Of a stretch of DNA of 64,000 bases, positions 20,698 to 29,920 are shown in pieces. Every line of letters starts with the position of its first letter. Positions within the stretch are counted from its first letter, which is position 1. The notes beneath the pieces are model-generated. The model was not told the origin of the DNA. It worked only from the letters and a program-made list of their open reading frames with translations, and searched no databases. The translations under genes were made by a program, and so were the position numbers. Origin of the DNA: an uncultured delta proteobacterium (GTDB lineage: Bacteria > Desulfobacterota > Binatia > Binatales > Binataceae); assembly GCA_963808235.1 (NCBI GenBank), contig CAWEEQ010000002.1, forward strand, positions 160,001 to 224,000, in the 5' to 3' direction.

Positions 20698-22497
20698 GTG
20701 CCGCGCGATACTTCAGAGCCTACCGCCGCGATCGAATCCACAGTTCCGCGCGAACTGACTCCGCGCAGCATTGGACTGGGAATCGCACTCGCGCTTGTTC
20801 TTGGCGCGGCGAATGCCTACCTGGGGCTCTACGCAGGGTTGACGGTTTCGGCGAGCATCCCGGCGGCCGTCATCTCGATGGCTATTTTGCGGATGCTGGG
20901 CGGGTCGACGATCCTCGAGAACAACGTGGTGCAGACGATCGCGTCGGCGGGAGAGGCCGTCGCGGCCGGCGCGATCTTCACTTTTCCCGCGCTCGTCATC
21001 CTGGGCGGAGTGAAGACGCTGCCCTACGTCGAAGTGACCGCGCTATGCGTCGTCGGCGCGACGATGGGCTCGTTGCTGGTGGTGTTTCTGCGCCGGGCAT
21101 ATATCGTAGAGGAGCGTTTGCCATTTCCGGAGGGCGTCGCGTGCGCGCAAGTACTTCGCGCCGGCGATGCGTCCGCGAACGTTCGCCCGCTCGTGCTAGG
21201 TGGCATCGTCTCGTCGTTATTGAAGGCACTTCAGGATCTGATCGGAGTCATTCCCGGCGCAGTGTCGGGTGCGCGATGGATCGGAACCGCAGCGTTTGCG
21301 GGCTCGATCGATATTTCCGCGGCGCTGCTCGGCGTCGGCTATATCATTGGCATCCGGATCGCGACGCTGGTTTTCGCGGGCGGCGCATTCGCATGGCTCA
21401 TCGCTATTCCATTTCTGACTGCGTCGCATCCGCAACTCGCAGCGCGCGATGCTGCGACCACTGCCTCCCAGTTGTGGAGCAGCCAGGTGCGTTACCTCGG
21501 CGTCGGTGCGATGCTCACCGGCGGCGTGGTCACGCTGTGGCGCTTGCGGATCCGAATCGGCGCCGCGATTGCCGATAGCATCCGCGTTGTCCGCTCGACT
21601 CAAGTCGTCGCCACCGCGCGCGAGGACACCGATCTTTCGCCGCGCGCTGTGCTGACCGCGGTTGCGCTCTGCGTGCCCGTGATCTTCGCGATCTGCCTCG
21701 GCCTCAGCGGGCAGATTGCACTCAGCGCGGCGCTGGCGATCCTGCTCACGCTGATTTGCTTCTTTGCGACTTCGATCGCCGGTTATCTGACCGGAATTGT
21801 CGGCGCGTCCAACAACCCGGTCTCCGGCGTAACGGTGATCGTGCTACTTGCGGTGGCGCTGTTTCTGAAATTCGTCGGCGTGTCGCAAACCGTCGGACCG
21901 CAACTCGCGATTCTTTCCGGCGCGATCGTATGCACGGCGGCTGCGATGGCCGGTGATTCGACGCACGACCTCGCAACTGGCTTCCACGTTGGCGCGACGC
22001 CGCGCTCGCTCGAGATTGGCGTGCTCGTCGGCGCGATCGCGTCATCGTTCCTGATGGCGCCGATTTTGAATCTTCTAATCGCCGGCTACGGAATCGCAGG
22101 CACCGCGACCGCGCGCGCCGGCGCGCTGGCGGCGCCGCAGGCATTTCTGATGGCGAAAGTTACTGAAGGCGTTTTTCACGGCGGCTTGCCGCTCGGAACG
22201 ATCGCGACGGGCGCGGCACTCGCCGCGATCCTGGGATTTACCGACCGCTATCTCGAGCGCGCCGGCTCCAGTTGGCGTACGCCGATCATGCCCGTCGCGA
22301 TCGGTTTGTATCTGCCGTTCGGATTAGGCGTAACGATTTTTCTCGGCGCGCTGGTTCATTCGATCTTTGGATCCGAAAACGCCGACGAAAGCGGTCCGGG
22401 AATTTTGCTCGCGGCCGGCCTGGTCGCGGGCGAAGCACTGATGGGTGTGGCGAGCGGCGCGCTTGTGACCGCGGGAATCCGGCTGCCGCTCTTTTGA
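20698..22497 (+). CDS. OPT family oligopeptide transporter
   Basis: NAYLGL..GLTVSASIPAAVIS, ENNVVQTIASAGE, SNNPVSG and APQA motifs. Confidence 0.92.
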   Translation: MPRDTSEPTAAIESTVPRELTPRSIGLGIALALVLGAANAYLGLYAGLTVSASIPAAVISMAILRMLGGSTILENNVVQTIASAGEAVAAGAIFTFPALVILGGVKTLPYVEVTALCVVGATMGSLLVVFLRRAYIVEERLPFPEGVACAQVLRAGDASANVRPLVLGGIVSSLLKALQDLIGVIPGAVSGARWIGTAAFAGSIDISAALLGVGYIIGIRIATLVFAGGAFAWLIAIPFLTASHPQLAARDAATTASQLWSSQVRYLGVGAMLTGGVVTLWRLRIRIGAAIADSIRVVRSTQVVATAREDTDLSPRAVLTAVALCVPVIFAICLGLSGQIALSAALAILLTLICFFATSIAGYLTGIVGASNNPVSGVTVIVLLAVALFLKFVGVSQTVGPQLAILSGAIVCTAAAMAGDSTHDLATGFHVGATPRSLEIGVLVGAIASSFLMAPILNLLIAGYGIAGTATARAGALAAPQAFLMAKVTEGVFHGGLPLGTIATGAALAAILGFTDRYLERAGSSWRTPIMPVAIGLYLPFGLGVTIFLGALVHSIFGSENADESGPGILLAAGLVAGEALMGVASGALVTAGIRLPLF

Positions 22498-22787
22498 TTG
22501 ACGGGAGATCCACTATGCCGCGCTTTGCGTTTTCGTCGCGGCGCAGTTTTTCTCCCCGTCGATCTTTCTTGCATCGGCACAAACTCCGGTGTCGCAGCTC
22601 TCGGTGCGCGAGACCAGCGTGGTCCGCTTCGTACCGTCGGTGCCGTCGGGTGAAGCGTGCGAGGGCTCGTGCTGGATCTGGAGCAGCAGCGGCGGAGAAA
22701 GTTCCGGTTAAGACGATCTGGAAGTGAAAGAGTTCACGTAAAAGCCGGTCGCGCGTCGGCGCGCGGTTGCGCGACGGGACGACCTTT

Positions 22788-23645
22788 TCATTGCGCGATC
22801 CAAATAGGCGCGCTTGCGAAAAGATGGTCGACGATCCCGATATGATAGGCGAGAAAGAGGCCGAAGCCGAAGCTTAGAAGTCCCGAGCCGGTCACGAGTC
22901 CCTGGTGCAGCCACGAAACTCTTCGCGACGCTACCACGAACGGCGCGGCGATCGTGGCAGTAATCAGTGCCATGCCGATTATCGTTCCGACGCAGAAAAT
23001 CGCGAGATAAATAGTCGCCCACAACGGTTGTGGAATCGCGCTCAACACGAGCAGCGCGATCGCCGCGCTGCCGGCGAGCCCGTGAACGAGCCCCACTCCG
23101 AATGATTTGAGCAGTGGCCGGTGCGATCCGAATGTCGGCAGCGTCTTGGAGTCGATGCGATGATCCCGGTGAGTTACCGTGTGCGCATCTTCGCCGCCGT
23201 CGATATGAACGTGAGGATGCGAATGCTCCGTTTCGCCATGAGTGTGAAGATGCGCATGGACTATCAGATGTTCGTGCAGATGTTCGTCGGAGTCTTTGTT
23301 ACGCGACGAAGATCCAGTCACCCGCGCCGCGAATTTACGGATCAAGCTTGTTGCCGCTCCGAACCCGAGCAGTATCAAAACAATCGCAACCGCGAATTCC
23401 ATCGCGAGTCCGAGGCGAGTCGGAATCGCAATTTTGAAAACGATAATCGCGGCGCCCACCAGCATCACCGTGAGCGTGTGGCCAAGACCCCATACGACAC
23501 CGATCCGAGCGGCCGTCATCAGGCGCCGCTCGCGGCTCAGGATCGTCGTGACCGCGATGACATGATCGGGATCGGTCGCATGGCGCATACCGAGCACCAG
23601 TCCTAGGACCGCAATTCCAAGTGGCGCGGCATGAGCGGGATTCAT
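22788..23645 (-). CDS. High-affinity nickel/cobalt transporter (NiCoT/UreH-like)
   Basis: GMRHATDPDH, WGLGH, His-rich loop and GLVHGLAGSA motifs. Confidence 0.88.
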   Translation of the reverse strand: MNPAHAAPLGIAVLGLVLGMRHATDPDHVIAVTTILSRERRLMTAARIGVVWGLGHTLTVMLVGAAIIVFKIAIPTRLGLAMEFAVAIVLILLGFGAATSLIRKFAARVTGSSSRNKDSDEHLHEHLIVHAHLHTHGETEHSHPHVHIDGGEDAHTVTHRDHRIDSKTLPTFGSHRPLLKSFGVGLVHGLAGSAAIALLVLSAIPQPLWATIYLAIFCVGTIIGMALITATIAAPFVVASRRVSWLHQGLVTGSGLLSFGFGLFLAYHIGIVDHLFASAPIWIAQ

Positions 23646-23677
23646 CACATGAATTTGCGGATTTCGAAGGTCTAATT

Positions 23678-23721
23678 TGGTGGACGCACCTGGACTCGAA
23701 CCAGGGACCTCTTGCATGTGA
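23678..23721 (-). tRNA. 3' half of tRNA-Val(CAC); truncated att-site remnant
   Basis: Reverse complement is TCACATGCAAGAGGTCCCTGGTTCGAGTCCAGGTGCGTCCACCA (anticodon loop to CCA). No D-arm or 5' acceptor strand upstream. Confidence 0.8.
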
Positions 23722-23868
23722 GTTGTGCAACCTTGCGTAAACGCCAGAATAGTCTGATATCGCTCGATAGCGCTACAAGGTAGCGAAAGCGCTGTGGCAG
23801 AAGGGTTTTCTGTGCACGACTAAAGTGCGACCATCAGTTACAGAGTACTTTCGATTGATCTCCGGTTG

Positions 23869-23908
23869 GGGCACAGAATCGGGCACAGAGGGCACAAAAT
23901 TGGGCACA
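23869..23908. repeat. 4x GGGCACA direct repeats (putative integrase arm-type sites)
   Basis: GGGCACA at 23869, 23881, 23890 and 23902, about 150 bp inside the tRNA-Val remnant. Confidence 0.55.
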
Positions 23909-23928
23909 GCAAATCGGACGCCGGCGCG

Positions 23929-24810
23929 TCACATCCACGAAGCCTTCTGCGGATCCCAGCGGCCGGTCGCGCGGCCGGCCAGCACAGGATCGAGCAGCGC
24001 CGCCGCTTGCGCATAGCCCCGACGCAGGTCCGGATCGAGACCAACTTCGTTGGCCAGCTTCCGGTATGGGACCGCCCATTCGGGCGGCGGTGGCGGGAAC
24101 CGATCCGGAAGACCATGTTGACGCCTTCCCTCAAAAACTCCTTCGAGCGCACTGCGAAGGCGAGCGGCGTCCAGCACCATGAGTTGTTTCACGAGGACAA
24201 GATCGACGAGATCTTTTGCGCGACTGCTCCGGCGACCTTGGCCGTAGGTTTTTGTGTATGCGTGGACCTTCTCCGCGATGTGTTGCTCAAGCGGCAGGAC
24301 TGGCACTTCGATCGGTTCGATGTCGGCGAACGCCAGTAGATCCTGTCCGCGAATCGGTTCGGGCTTCCATTTCAGCGAGTCTGAAAACCCGATATCGACC
24401 ATGACTTCCTCGAACCGCCTGCCTGCGAGTTCGGCTCGGACGCGGTATCTCACCGCGAGACCTTCAACCTCTTTACCCGGCGCTCCGACCTTTTCTATGT
24501 CGAAGGTAAAGTAGTCGTCGATCTCGACAGCTTGGGCGGCTATGAAGTCAGCGGTGGCCGCCGTCTCGTCGTCGCGGTGAAAGATATCCATGTCCTTCGT
24601 GGTCCGCGTCCGTTCTCCCATCCGGAAGTCGAGGGCCAGCGCTCCCTTAAGAACCCAGCGGCCTGGCGCGGCGATCGCGAGACGAAAGAGAAGGCGGTCA
24701 AAGACGACGGCCTTTCGCAGCCGGACAAGGGAAATGCCCTTGTCACGCGATCGCGTGAGCAGACGCTGCTCAAGTGCTTGACGAAATGCGGCTCCGCTTT
24801 GGTACTTCAT
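23929..24810 (-). CDS. abiEii: AbiEii-type nucleotidyltransferase toxin (type IV TA)
   Basis: WVLKGALAL..RTTKDMD, AEKVHA and RAKDLVDL motifs; ATGA overlap with the antitoxin. Confidence 0.88.
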   Translation of the reverse strand: MKYQSGAAFRQALEQRLLTRSRDKGISLVRLRKAVVFDRLLFRLAIAAPGRWVLKGALALDFRMGERTRTTKDMDIFHRDDETAATADFIAAQAVEIDDYFTFDIEKVGAPGKEVEGLAVRYRVRAELAGRRFEEVMVDIGFSDSLKWKPEPIRGQDLLAFADIEPIEVPVLPLEQHIAEKVHAYTKTYGQGRRSSRAKDLVDLVLVKQLMVLDAARLRSALEGVFEGRRQHGLPDRFPPPPPEWAVPYRKLANEVGLDPDLRRGYAQAAALLDPVLAGRATGRWDPQKASWM

Positions 24811-25427
24811 TTGCGGTGTCGCGCCTCGAGAACTTGTCGAACAAGGCGCTCGACTCGACCTCCACGCGTCTTCGCAACCCCGAGGAGTTTTGATTCGGTT
24901 GCCATGCCTCGGTCGAGTGCCTGGCCGACTGCGGCCATTATCTGCTCCGGGGCGGTTCCCGCTTGGGCCGCGTCGATGATCGAGCGCGCCGGTGCGGTCA
25001 CTCGAACTCCGTCGCGCACCACGACGTCGGACTTGGCAAGGCGCCGCGTTGTCGTGTGTATCGCGACGCCCAGAGATGCGAAGCGATAGCGCCTCGCTCG
25101 GGGGACGGTAAGGTGAACGACCTCGGGCACCACGTCGGAAAGCCCGAGGATGTCGAGCGCGCTTTCATGCGATACAACGGTGTTCTCTCTTCCCGACCCA
25201 AGCCACGCCGCGATCACGTCTTCGCGGGGTGAACTCGGGTATTCGCGAATGCGGTAGAGGCCCTGACGGACTCGGGAAAAGCGGCCTGATTTGGCATGAT
25301 GCGCCAGTAGCGATTTACTAAAGCCGCACGAATGCGCCTGAGCGGCAGTGAAATATCCCCCCTGCTCAGAGGCGATTTCGAAGAGCTGTGCGCGCCGCGA
25401 CTTTGATTCGAGATCATTGTCACGCAT
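24807..25427 (-). CDS. abiEi: AbiEi-type antitoxin / transcriptional regulator
   Basis: IASEQGGYFTAAQA wHTH, RVRQGLY, SHESAL and VTAPARSIID motifs. Confidence 0.88.
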   Translation of the reverse strand: MRDNDLESKSRRAQLFEIASEQGGYFTAAQAHSCGFSKSLLAHHAKSGRFSRVRQGLYRIREYPSSPREDVIAAWLGSGRENTVVSHESALDILGLSDVVPEVVHLTVPRARRYRFASLGVAIHTTTRRLAKSDVVVRDGVRVTAPARSIIDAAQAGTAPEQIMAAVGQALDRGMATESKLLGVAKTRGGRVERLVRQVLEARHRK

Positions 25428-25679
25428 AGGTCAAATGATACTTGACTTTATCATGACATCAAATACTGCAACAGATTGTTCAGGCTTCGGAGCTTGTTTC
25501 TCGAAAATGAATGTTCCACGTTACGTGGAACAGCAGGTTTCGCGCATCGCAGCGGCGCATTCGCCGCTCGACGAATGACGGCGACGACTCCAGAGGGTAT
25601 TGAACGACATCAATCCTTACGCCGATTCACTTCTATTCATGGCAACCTGAATTAGGCCTCAACTAGGACAGGAAAAGCG

Positions 25680-25871
25680 ATTACTGAAACATGTAAGTTA
25701 TGCGGTGAGGAATCGACACCGTGGGAATACATCGACGTGCTCGACGGTCACGTGTGCGCGGACTGCAGCTACCGGCTGGCTGCGCTGTTCGCGAATGATG
25801 GGTCGCTATCACGGGCCGACCTGCTTGCGGTGTACGGAACCGAAGCCCGGAAGAAGGCGGACTTGCCATGA
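25680..25871 (+). CDS. Small C4 zinc-finger protein with non-canonical (ATT) or lost start
   Basis: Frame reads ITETCKLCGEESTPWEYIDVLDGHVCADCSY..., with AGGA upstream and no in-frame ATG. Confidence 0.35.
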   Translation: MTETCKLCGEESTPWEYIDVLDGHVCADCSYRLAALFANDGSLSRADLLAVYGTEARKKADLP

Positions 25872-25939
25872 GGCGGTTGGAGATGCTCGCTTTGATCTGA
25901 TCTCACTTCAATGTGGCCGCGCTCACGTGAGCGCGGAAA

Positions 25940-26014
25940 CGAAATGGCATACGCAGAGGACTTAAAATCCTCTGGAGCGAAAGCTCCGTGCGGGTTCGAG
26001 TCCCGCCCCCGGCA
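25940..26014 (+). tRNA. tRNA-Leu(TAA) lacking its first ~10 nt (att remnant / pseudo-tRNA)
   Basis: D-loop AAATGGCATA, anticodon arm GAGGA-CTTAAAA-TCCTC, long variable arm GGAGC-GAAA-GCTCC, T arm GCGGG-TTCGAGT-CCCGC and 3' CCCCGGCA. The expected 5' GCCGGGG strand is absent. Confidence 0.8.
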
Positions 26015-26072
26015 ATTGAAAATTAAGGGTTTTCTGGCGAGTCGTCGCTGCAAGCGGGACTAGTCTGCGCCG

Positions 26073-26097
26073 TTGACAGCCACGTTTGACAGCCACG
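26073..26097. repeat. 2x TTGACAGCCACG direct repeat (putative arm-type sites)
   Basis: TTGACAGCCACG-T-TTGACAGCCACG, about 60 bp downstream of the tRNA-Leu remnant. Confidence 0.5.
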
Positions 26098-26123
26098 GGT
26101 TCGCGGATTCTGTTGCTAGACTA

Positions 26124-26367
26124 GGTTCGCAACGTAGGGGTCGAGAGTTCAAATCCCCTCTGCTCCACACCTCAGTCTCCAGGGTTTCGGACATGGCGGA
26201 GAATCGATCGAAATCCGCGCGTGTGCGCGCGAATTGCGCACATGTGCGGACCCGGAGAATATCTCTGTCGCCCAGAATTGGCCTAATCTGGCGAAACCTA
26301 TCCCGGCGCGATTAGCCTAGGTCCGCGGATCATCGCCATGCATTCGCCTTTTCTTTTTCAGCGCTCC
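26124..26367 (+). repeat. tRNA-headed dispersed repeat, copy 1 (tRNA-Ala(CGC)-like 3' half + ~200 bp body)
   Basis: TTCGCAA..GGGGTC..GTTCAAATCCCCTCTGCTCCAC, then TCAGTCTC..GAGAATCGATCG..TGCGCACATGTGCGGACCCGGAGAA..TCTGGCGAAACCTATC..CTAGGTCCGCGGATCATCGCCATG. Confidence 0.85.
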
Positions 26368-26656
26368 GCCAGCTTAGAATCAGGAATCTCCAAATGCACG
26401 GGTCGCGGGTCGAGTTGGTTTTTAGGGTCAAAGGTAAGCTCCTCGCCACTGACCTGCCGCCCGAATTTCTCGGAACGCGCAACCAATGGCAGCCAATCCA
26501 AGTGCGCAACCTTGACGTATGTATAGACGGTAGTGTTAAGTGGCAGGGACTGACTTGTCTGTGGCTTAGTTTCCGAAGACAATCTGCCACCTCTTGCAGA
26601 GATGCGCTCAGGTAATGCCGATGCCGCGTGGGCAAGGCGGTTTCGCGGGAGGGTTC

Positions 26657-27124
26657 GTGCGTCTGAAAAAAGGGTTTCTGCTGATCTTATTCTTAGCCTT
26701 GACATCCTGCGCTTCCAACAACTCCACTCCGACGCCGCCGAGATCCCAAAGCAACGCCGGACAGGCTGTATCAAAAAAAGACACGGAAACAATCCAGTCG
26801 GCATCGGGCGAGAAGTGCATCATAGATGAGAAGAGAATCTGCGAAGAGGGGGCGGCGGGAGTAGCGAACGATCCCTTCGGCGCTGACAACAGCGAGGACA
26901 TACGTGAACGAATCGCCTCGGGTGATGATACGGGCGGGTCGAAAACCTACACCTCGACGCTGCGCTATGGAGTCTCTCTTCTTCAAGGGGAGCGACCGGT
27001 GAATTTGTTTTGCGGCATGAACATGCACCAACGCGCGTTTGCTTACGGTCAATTGTCTACGAGCGGCACCCCCACCGATACAGATGTCGCAAAGCTGCGC
27101 GCCGGGGGGTACTGCTCCAACTAA
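26657..27124 (+). CDS. Hypothetical lipoprotein
   Basis: GGGAGG RBS + GTG; lipobox LTSC; four further Cys. Confidence 0.7.
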   Translation: MRLKKGFLLILFLALTSCASNNSTPTPPRSQSNAGQAVSKKDTETIQSASGEKCIIDEKRICEEGAAGVANDPFGADNSEDIRERIASGDDTGGSKTYTSTLRYGVSLLQGERPVNLFCGMNMHQRAFAYGQLSTSGTPTDTDVAKLRAGGYCSN

Positions 27125-27142
27125 GACTGGAGGAGGCCAGCT

Positions 27143-29866
27143 ATGCCGACAACGATCCGCAGGATCACAATCGGCAACAATCGGGCTTGGAGATCGATGC
27201 GTACGAATATCCGCCTGGGCTGCGCGGTCTCAATGCTCACATTCTGTGTTTTGGCTTCGTCCACAGTTCGATCCGAAAGCAATCCGGTTCCTATTCCCTC
27301 TCCCGCGGGAAGTCGTGACCAGGCGGTTGACAAGACCGAAGCAGCGCTTCGCGACGAGCTGCGCACGCTAGAAGCGCAAAATCCCAATAGTATTGAGGTC
27401 ACCAAAGATCTCGATCTCCTTGCTTGGTACTATTGGAATCACGGCCGGTTCTCCGACGCTGAACCATTGTTGATACAATCGCTAGCAATCAAGGAGAAGT
27501 CACTGTCGGCAGATGATTCTGCGATCGAGGAGAATATAGATAGGCTTGGGGAACTCTACGCCTGGGAGGGGCGATTCTCGGAAGCGGAGCGACTCCTAAA
27601 TCGCGCGCTCCAGAGCCCGGGTGAAGAAGATGTGGCGAACCCGTGGTTGGCGGGCCGCGCGCACATTTTTCTCGGCACCGTATACCTCGAGGAGGGAAAG
27701 CTGCAAGAGGCGGAAACGTTGCTCAAGCAGGGCCTCGAACTCCGGCTTAGAACCACCACACGAGGCACCGGAATCGAAATTACCTACGATCTACGAAGCT
27801 TGGCCGAATTGTATTGCGAGGAAGGGCGTTTCGCAGAAGCGGAGCCTTTGGGATCCCAAAGTATGAAGCTGAGCGAGCCCAATAGTCTCATATATGCGTA
27901 CGCGCTTGACACGCTCGCTGACGCCTATTACGGCGAGGGCCGGTATGCCGACGCAGAACGTCTATATTCCGAATCGGGTCCAATCCTCCTGCGTCAAATG
28001 GGAGACGCTCACGTCTACTACGAACAGAATTTGGGCTCGCTCGGACTTACGCTCGCGAAGGAAGGAAAAGTCCAGCCGGCGCGGGACAGCTTTCGCAAAT
28101 CATGGGCGGTCAATCTAAATACCTGGCATGCGGCGACGCAGTCGGGCAGCGAGTCTTTGCGTTTTCTCAGGAACAAAAGCGATCAATATGTCCGAGGTTA
28201 TCTGGAATTGCTGGCCGCGATCGCGCGCCATCCAGAAATGGACCCGGGCGGTGCGTCACCGGCACCCGAGGCGTTCATGGTCGCAGAACAAGCGCGCCGG
28301 GGTATCACCGATCTTGCACTGGTCAAAGCGGCGGTGCGGCTTGCAGTCGCCGACCCGGATGCCGGCGAGGCTGCCGCCGAAGTGCAGCGCCTCAGCGAGC
28401 GGCGGGCTGGGATGGCAATGCAGCTTTCGACGCAATTCGGCGCTTCGAAAGAAAATCAGCAAGACGCAGCTAAAGTTCTCGCAGAATCGCAACAGCTTGA
28501 CCATGACCTGGAGATCGCAAACCAGCGACTGATTCAAGTCTTTCCAAAATATGGCGAGTTAGCGACGCCGTTGCCTATCGACGTAGACGGCGTACAACGA
28601 GTACTGCGCGCCGACGAGGCGCTGGTCAGTTACTACACGCTCAACGACCGGCTACTGGCGTGGTGCGTGCGACCCGGTCATCCGCTGGCATATCGCGATA
28701 CCGAAGTTAAGCGCGCAGATCTGATGGCGATGGTCGCGCAGGTTCGCGAGAGCCTTCGTCCCGACAAACCGTTCGACTTCGTTGACTCATACGCGCTCTA
28801 CCAGTTGCTTATAGCTCCGTTGAAAGATGAGCTTGCCAGCACCAAGTTACTTATCATCGTACCGGACGGGGTAACTCTGCCGATTCCTTTCGCCGCGCTG
28901 GTCACTGACAATACGGGCGATGCGTTTGCGGCGTTGGCACGAGATTATAAGCAAGGTCTCGCGCCATCGCCCGCTGAGTTGAAGGACAACTATCCCCGTA
29001 TTGCCTGGTTCGCAAAGAGAAGTATGAGCATTAGTCTCCTACCTACGGCCACTTCTCTCCGACTACTCAGAAATCGGGTCGAAGCGAGCAACACCGCGAA
29101 CGCGTCATCGGCCAAGGCTTACCCCTTCGTCGGAATCGGCGATCCGTTGCTGAACGGCAAGGGCGAAGAGCGTGGTAGCTCGATGGTGGCGACGCGAGGC
29201 GCCGAAGCAATCGACGCGGTGCGGAATCTGCCGAGACTTCCCGGTTCGCGCGAGGAGCTAATGGCTGAAGCTAAGGCGCTCGATGCCAATCCTCAAGAGT
29301 CGCTCTTCATGGAAGAACGGGCGACCCGGCCGCAGGTGCTGGCGCTGAGCAAAGATCGTTTGCGCGACGCAAAGGTAATCTCGTTTGCGACACACGCGCT
29401 CATAGGTGGCGAGATAAAGGGAGTCATGGAACCGTCTCTGGTGCTCACACCACCCTCGCAGCCGAGCACAGACGATGACGGATTGCTTACGATGGACGAC
29501 GTGATGGGATTCAAGTTGGTCGCCGACGAGTGGGTAATCCTCTCTGCCTGCAACACGGCGGCTCCTGACGGAAGTGGCGAAGGACTGTCAGGCCTGACCC
29601 GCGCGTTCTTTTACGCGGGCACTCCATCGCTGCTGGTCTCGCAATGGGCCGTTGATGACGCAGCGACCGATCAGCTGATGACCGCGGTGTTCACGGCTTA
29701 CGGAAGCAGCGGCGGAGTCTCGCGCTCAACGGCGCTGCAGGGAGCGATGCTCAAGCTGATGGACATGCCGCGCACTGACCCGACACACGCCTACTTCGCC
29801 CATCCGTTCGCCTGGGCATCATTCGTCGTAGTCGGCGAAGGCGGCGGTTCTCAACCGACCAAGTGA
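27143..29866 (+). CDS. Exported TPR + CHAT (caspase-like) domain protein
   Basis: Signal-like N-terminus, TPR repeats (GRFSEAE..L), catalytic-type FATHA and LSACNT, SQWAVDD and HPFAWA motifs. Confidence 0.9.
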   Translation: MPTTIRRITIGNNRAWRSMRTNIRLGCAVSMLTFCVLASSTVRSESNPVPIPSPAGSRDQAVDKTEAALRDELRTLEAQNPNSIEVTKDLDLLAWYYWNHGRFSDAEPLLIQSLAIKEKSLSADDSAIEENIDRLGELYAWEGRFSEAERLLNRALQSPGEEDVANPWLAGRAHIFLGTVYLEEGKLQEAETLLKQGLELRLRTTTRGTGIEITYDLRSLAELYCEEGRFAEAEPLGSQSMKLSEPNSLIYAYALDTLADAYYGEGRYADAERLYSESGPILLRQMGDAHVYYEQNLGSLGLTLAKEGKVQPARDSFRKSWAVNLNTWHAATQSGSESLRFLRNKSDQYVRGYLELLAAIARHPEMDPGGASPAPEAFMVAEQARRGITDLALVKAAVRLAVADPDAGEAAAEVQRLSERRAGMAMQLSTQFGASKENQQDAAKVLAESQQLDHDLEIANQRLIQVFPKYGELATPLPIDVDGVQRVLRADEALVSYYTLNDRLLAWCVRPGHPLAYRDTEVKRADLMAMVAQVRESLRPDKPFDFVDSYALYQLLIAPLKDELASTKLLIIVPDGVTLPIPFAALVTDNTGDAFAALARDYKQGLAPSPAELKDNYPRIAWFAKRSMSISLLPTATSLRLLRNRVEASNTANASSAKAYPFVGIGDPLLNGKGEERGSSMVATRGAEAIDAVRNLPRLPGSREELMAEAKALDANPQESLFMEERATRPQVLALSKDRLRDAKVISFATHALIGGEIKGVMEPSLVLTPPSQPSTDDDGLLTMDDVMGFKLVADEWVILSACNTAAPDGSGEGLSGLTRAFFYAGTPSLLVSQWAVDDAATDQLMTAVFTAYGSSGGVSRSTALQGAMLKLMDMPRTDPTHAYFAHPFAWASFVVVGEGGGSQPTK

Positions 29867-29920
29867 TGCTACGGCTGACAAAGGGACAGGTAATCTTGCG
29901 AGCGCTTTAGGAGCGCGATC

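Noticed and set aside
23646-23717. N-terminal extension MQEVPGSSPGAST of the Ni transporter
   Set aside because: It is the translated tRNA-Val fragment; the real start is likely 23645.
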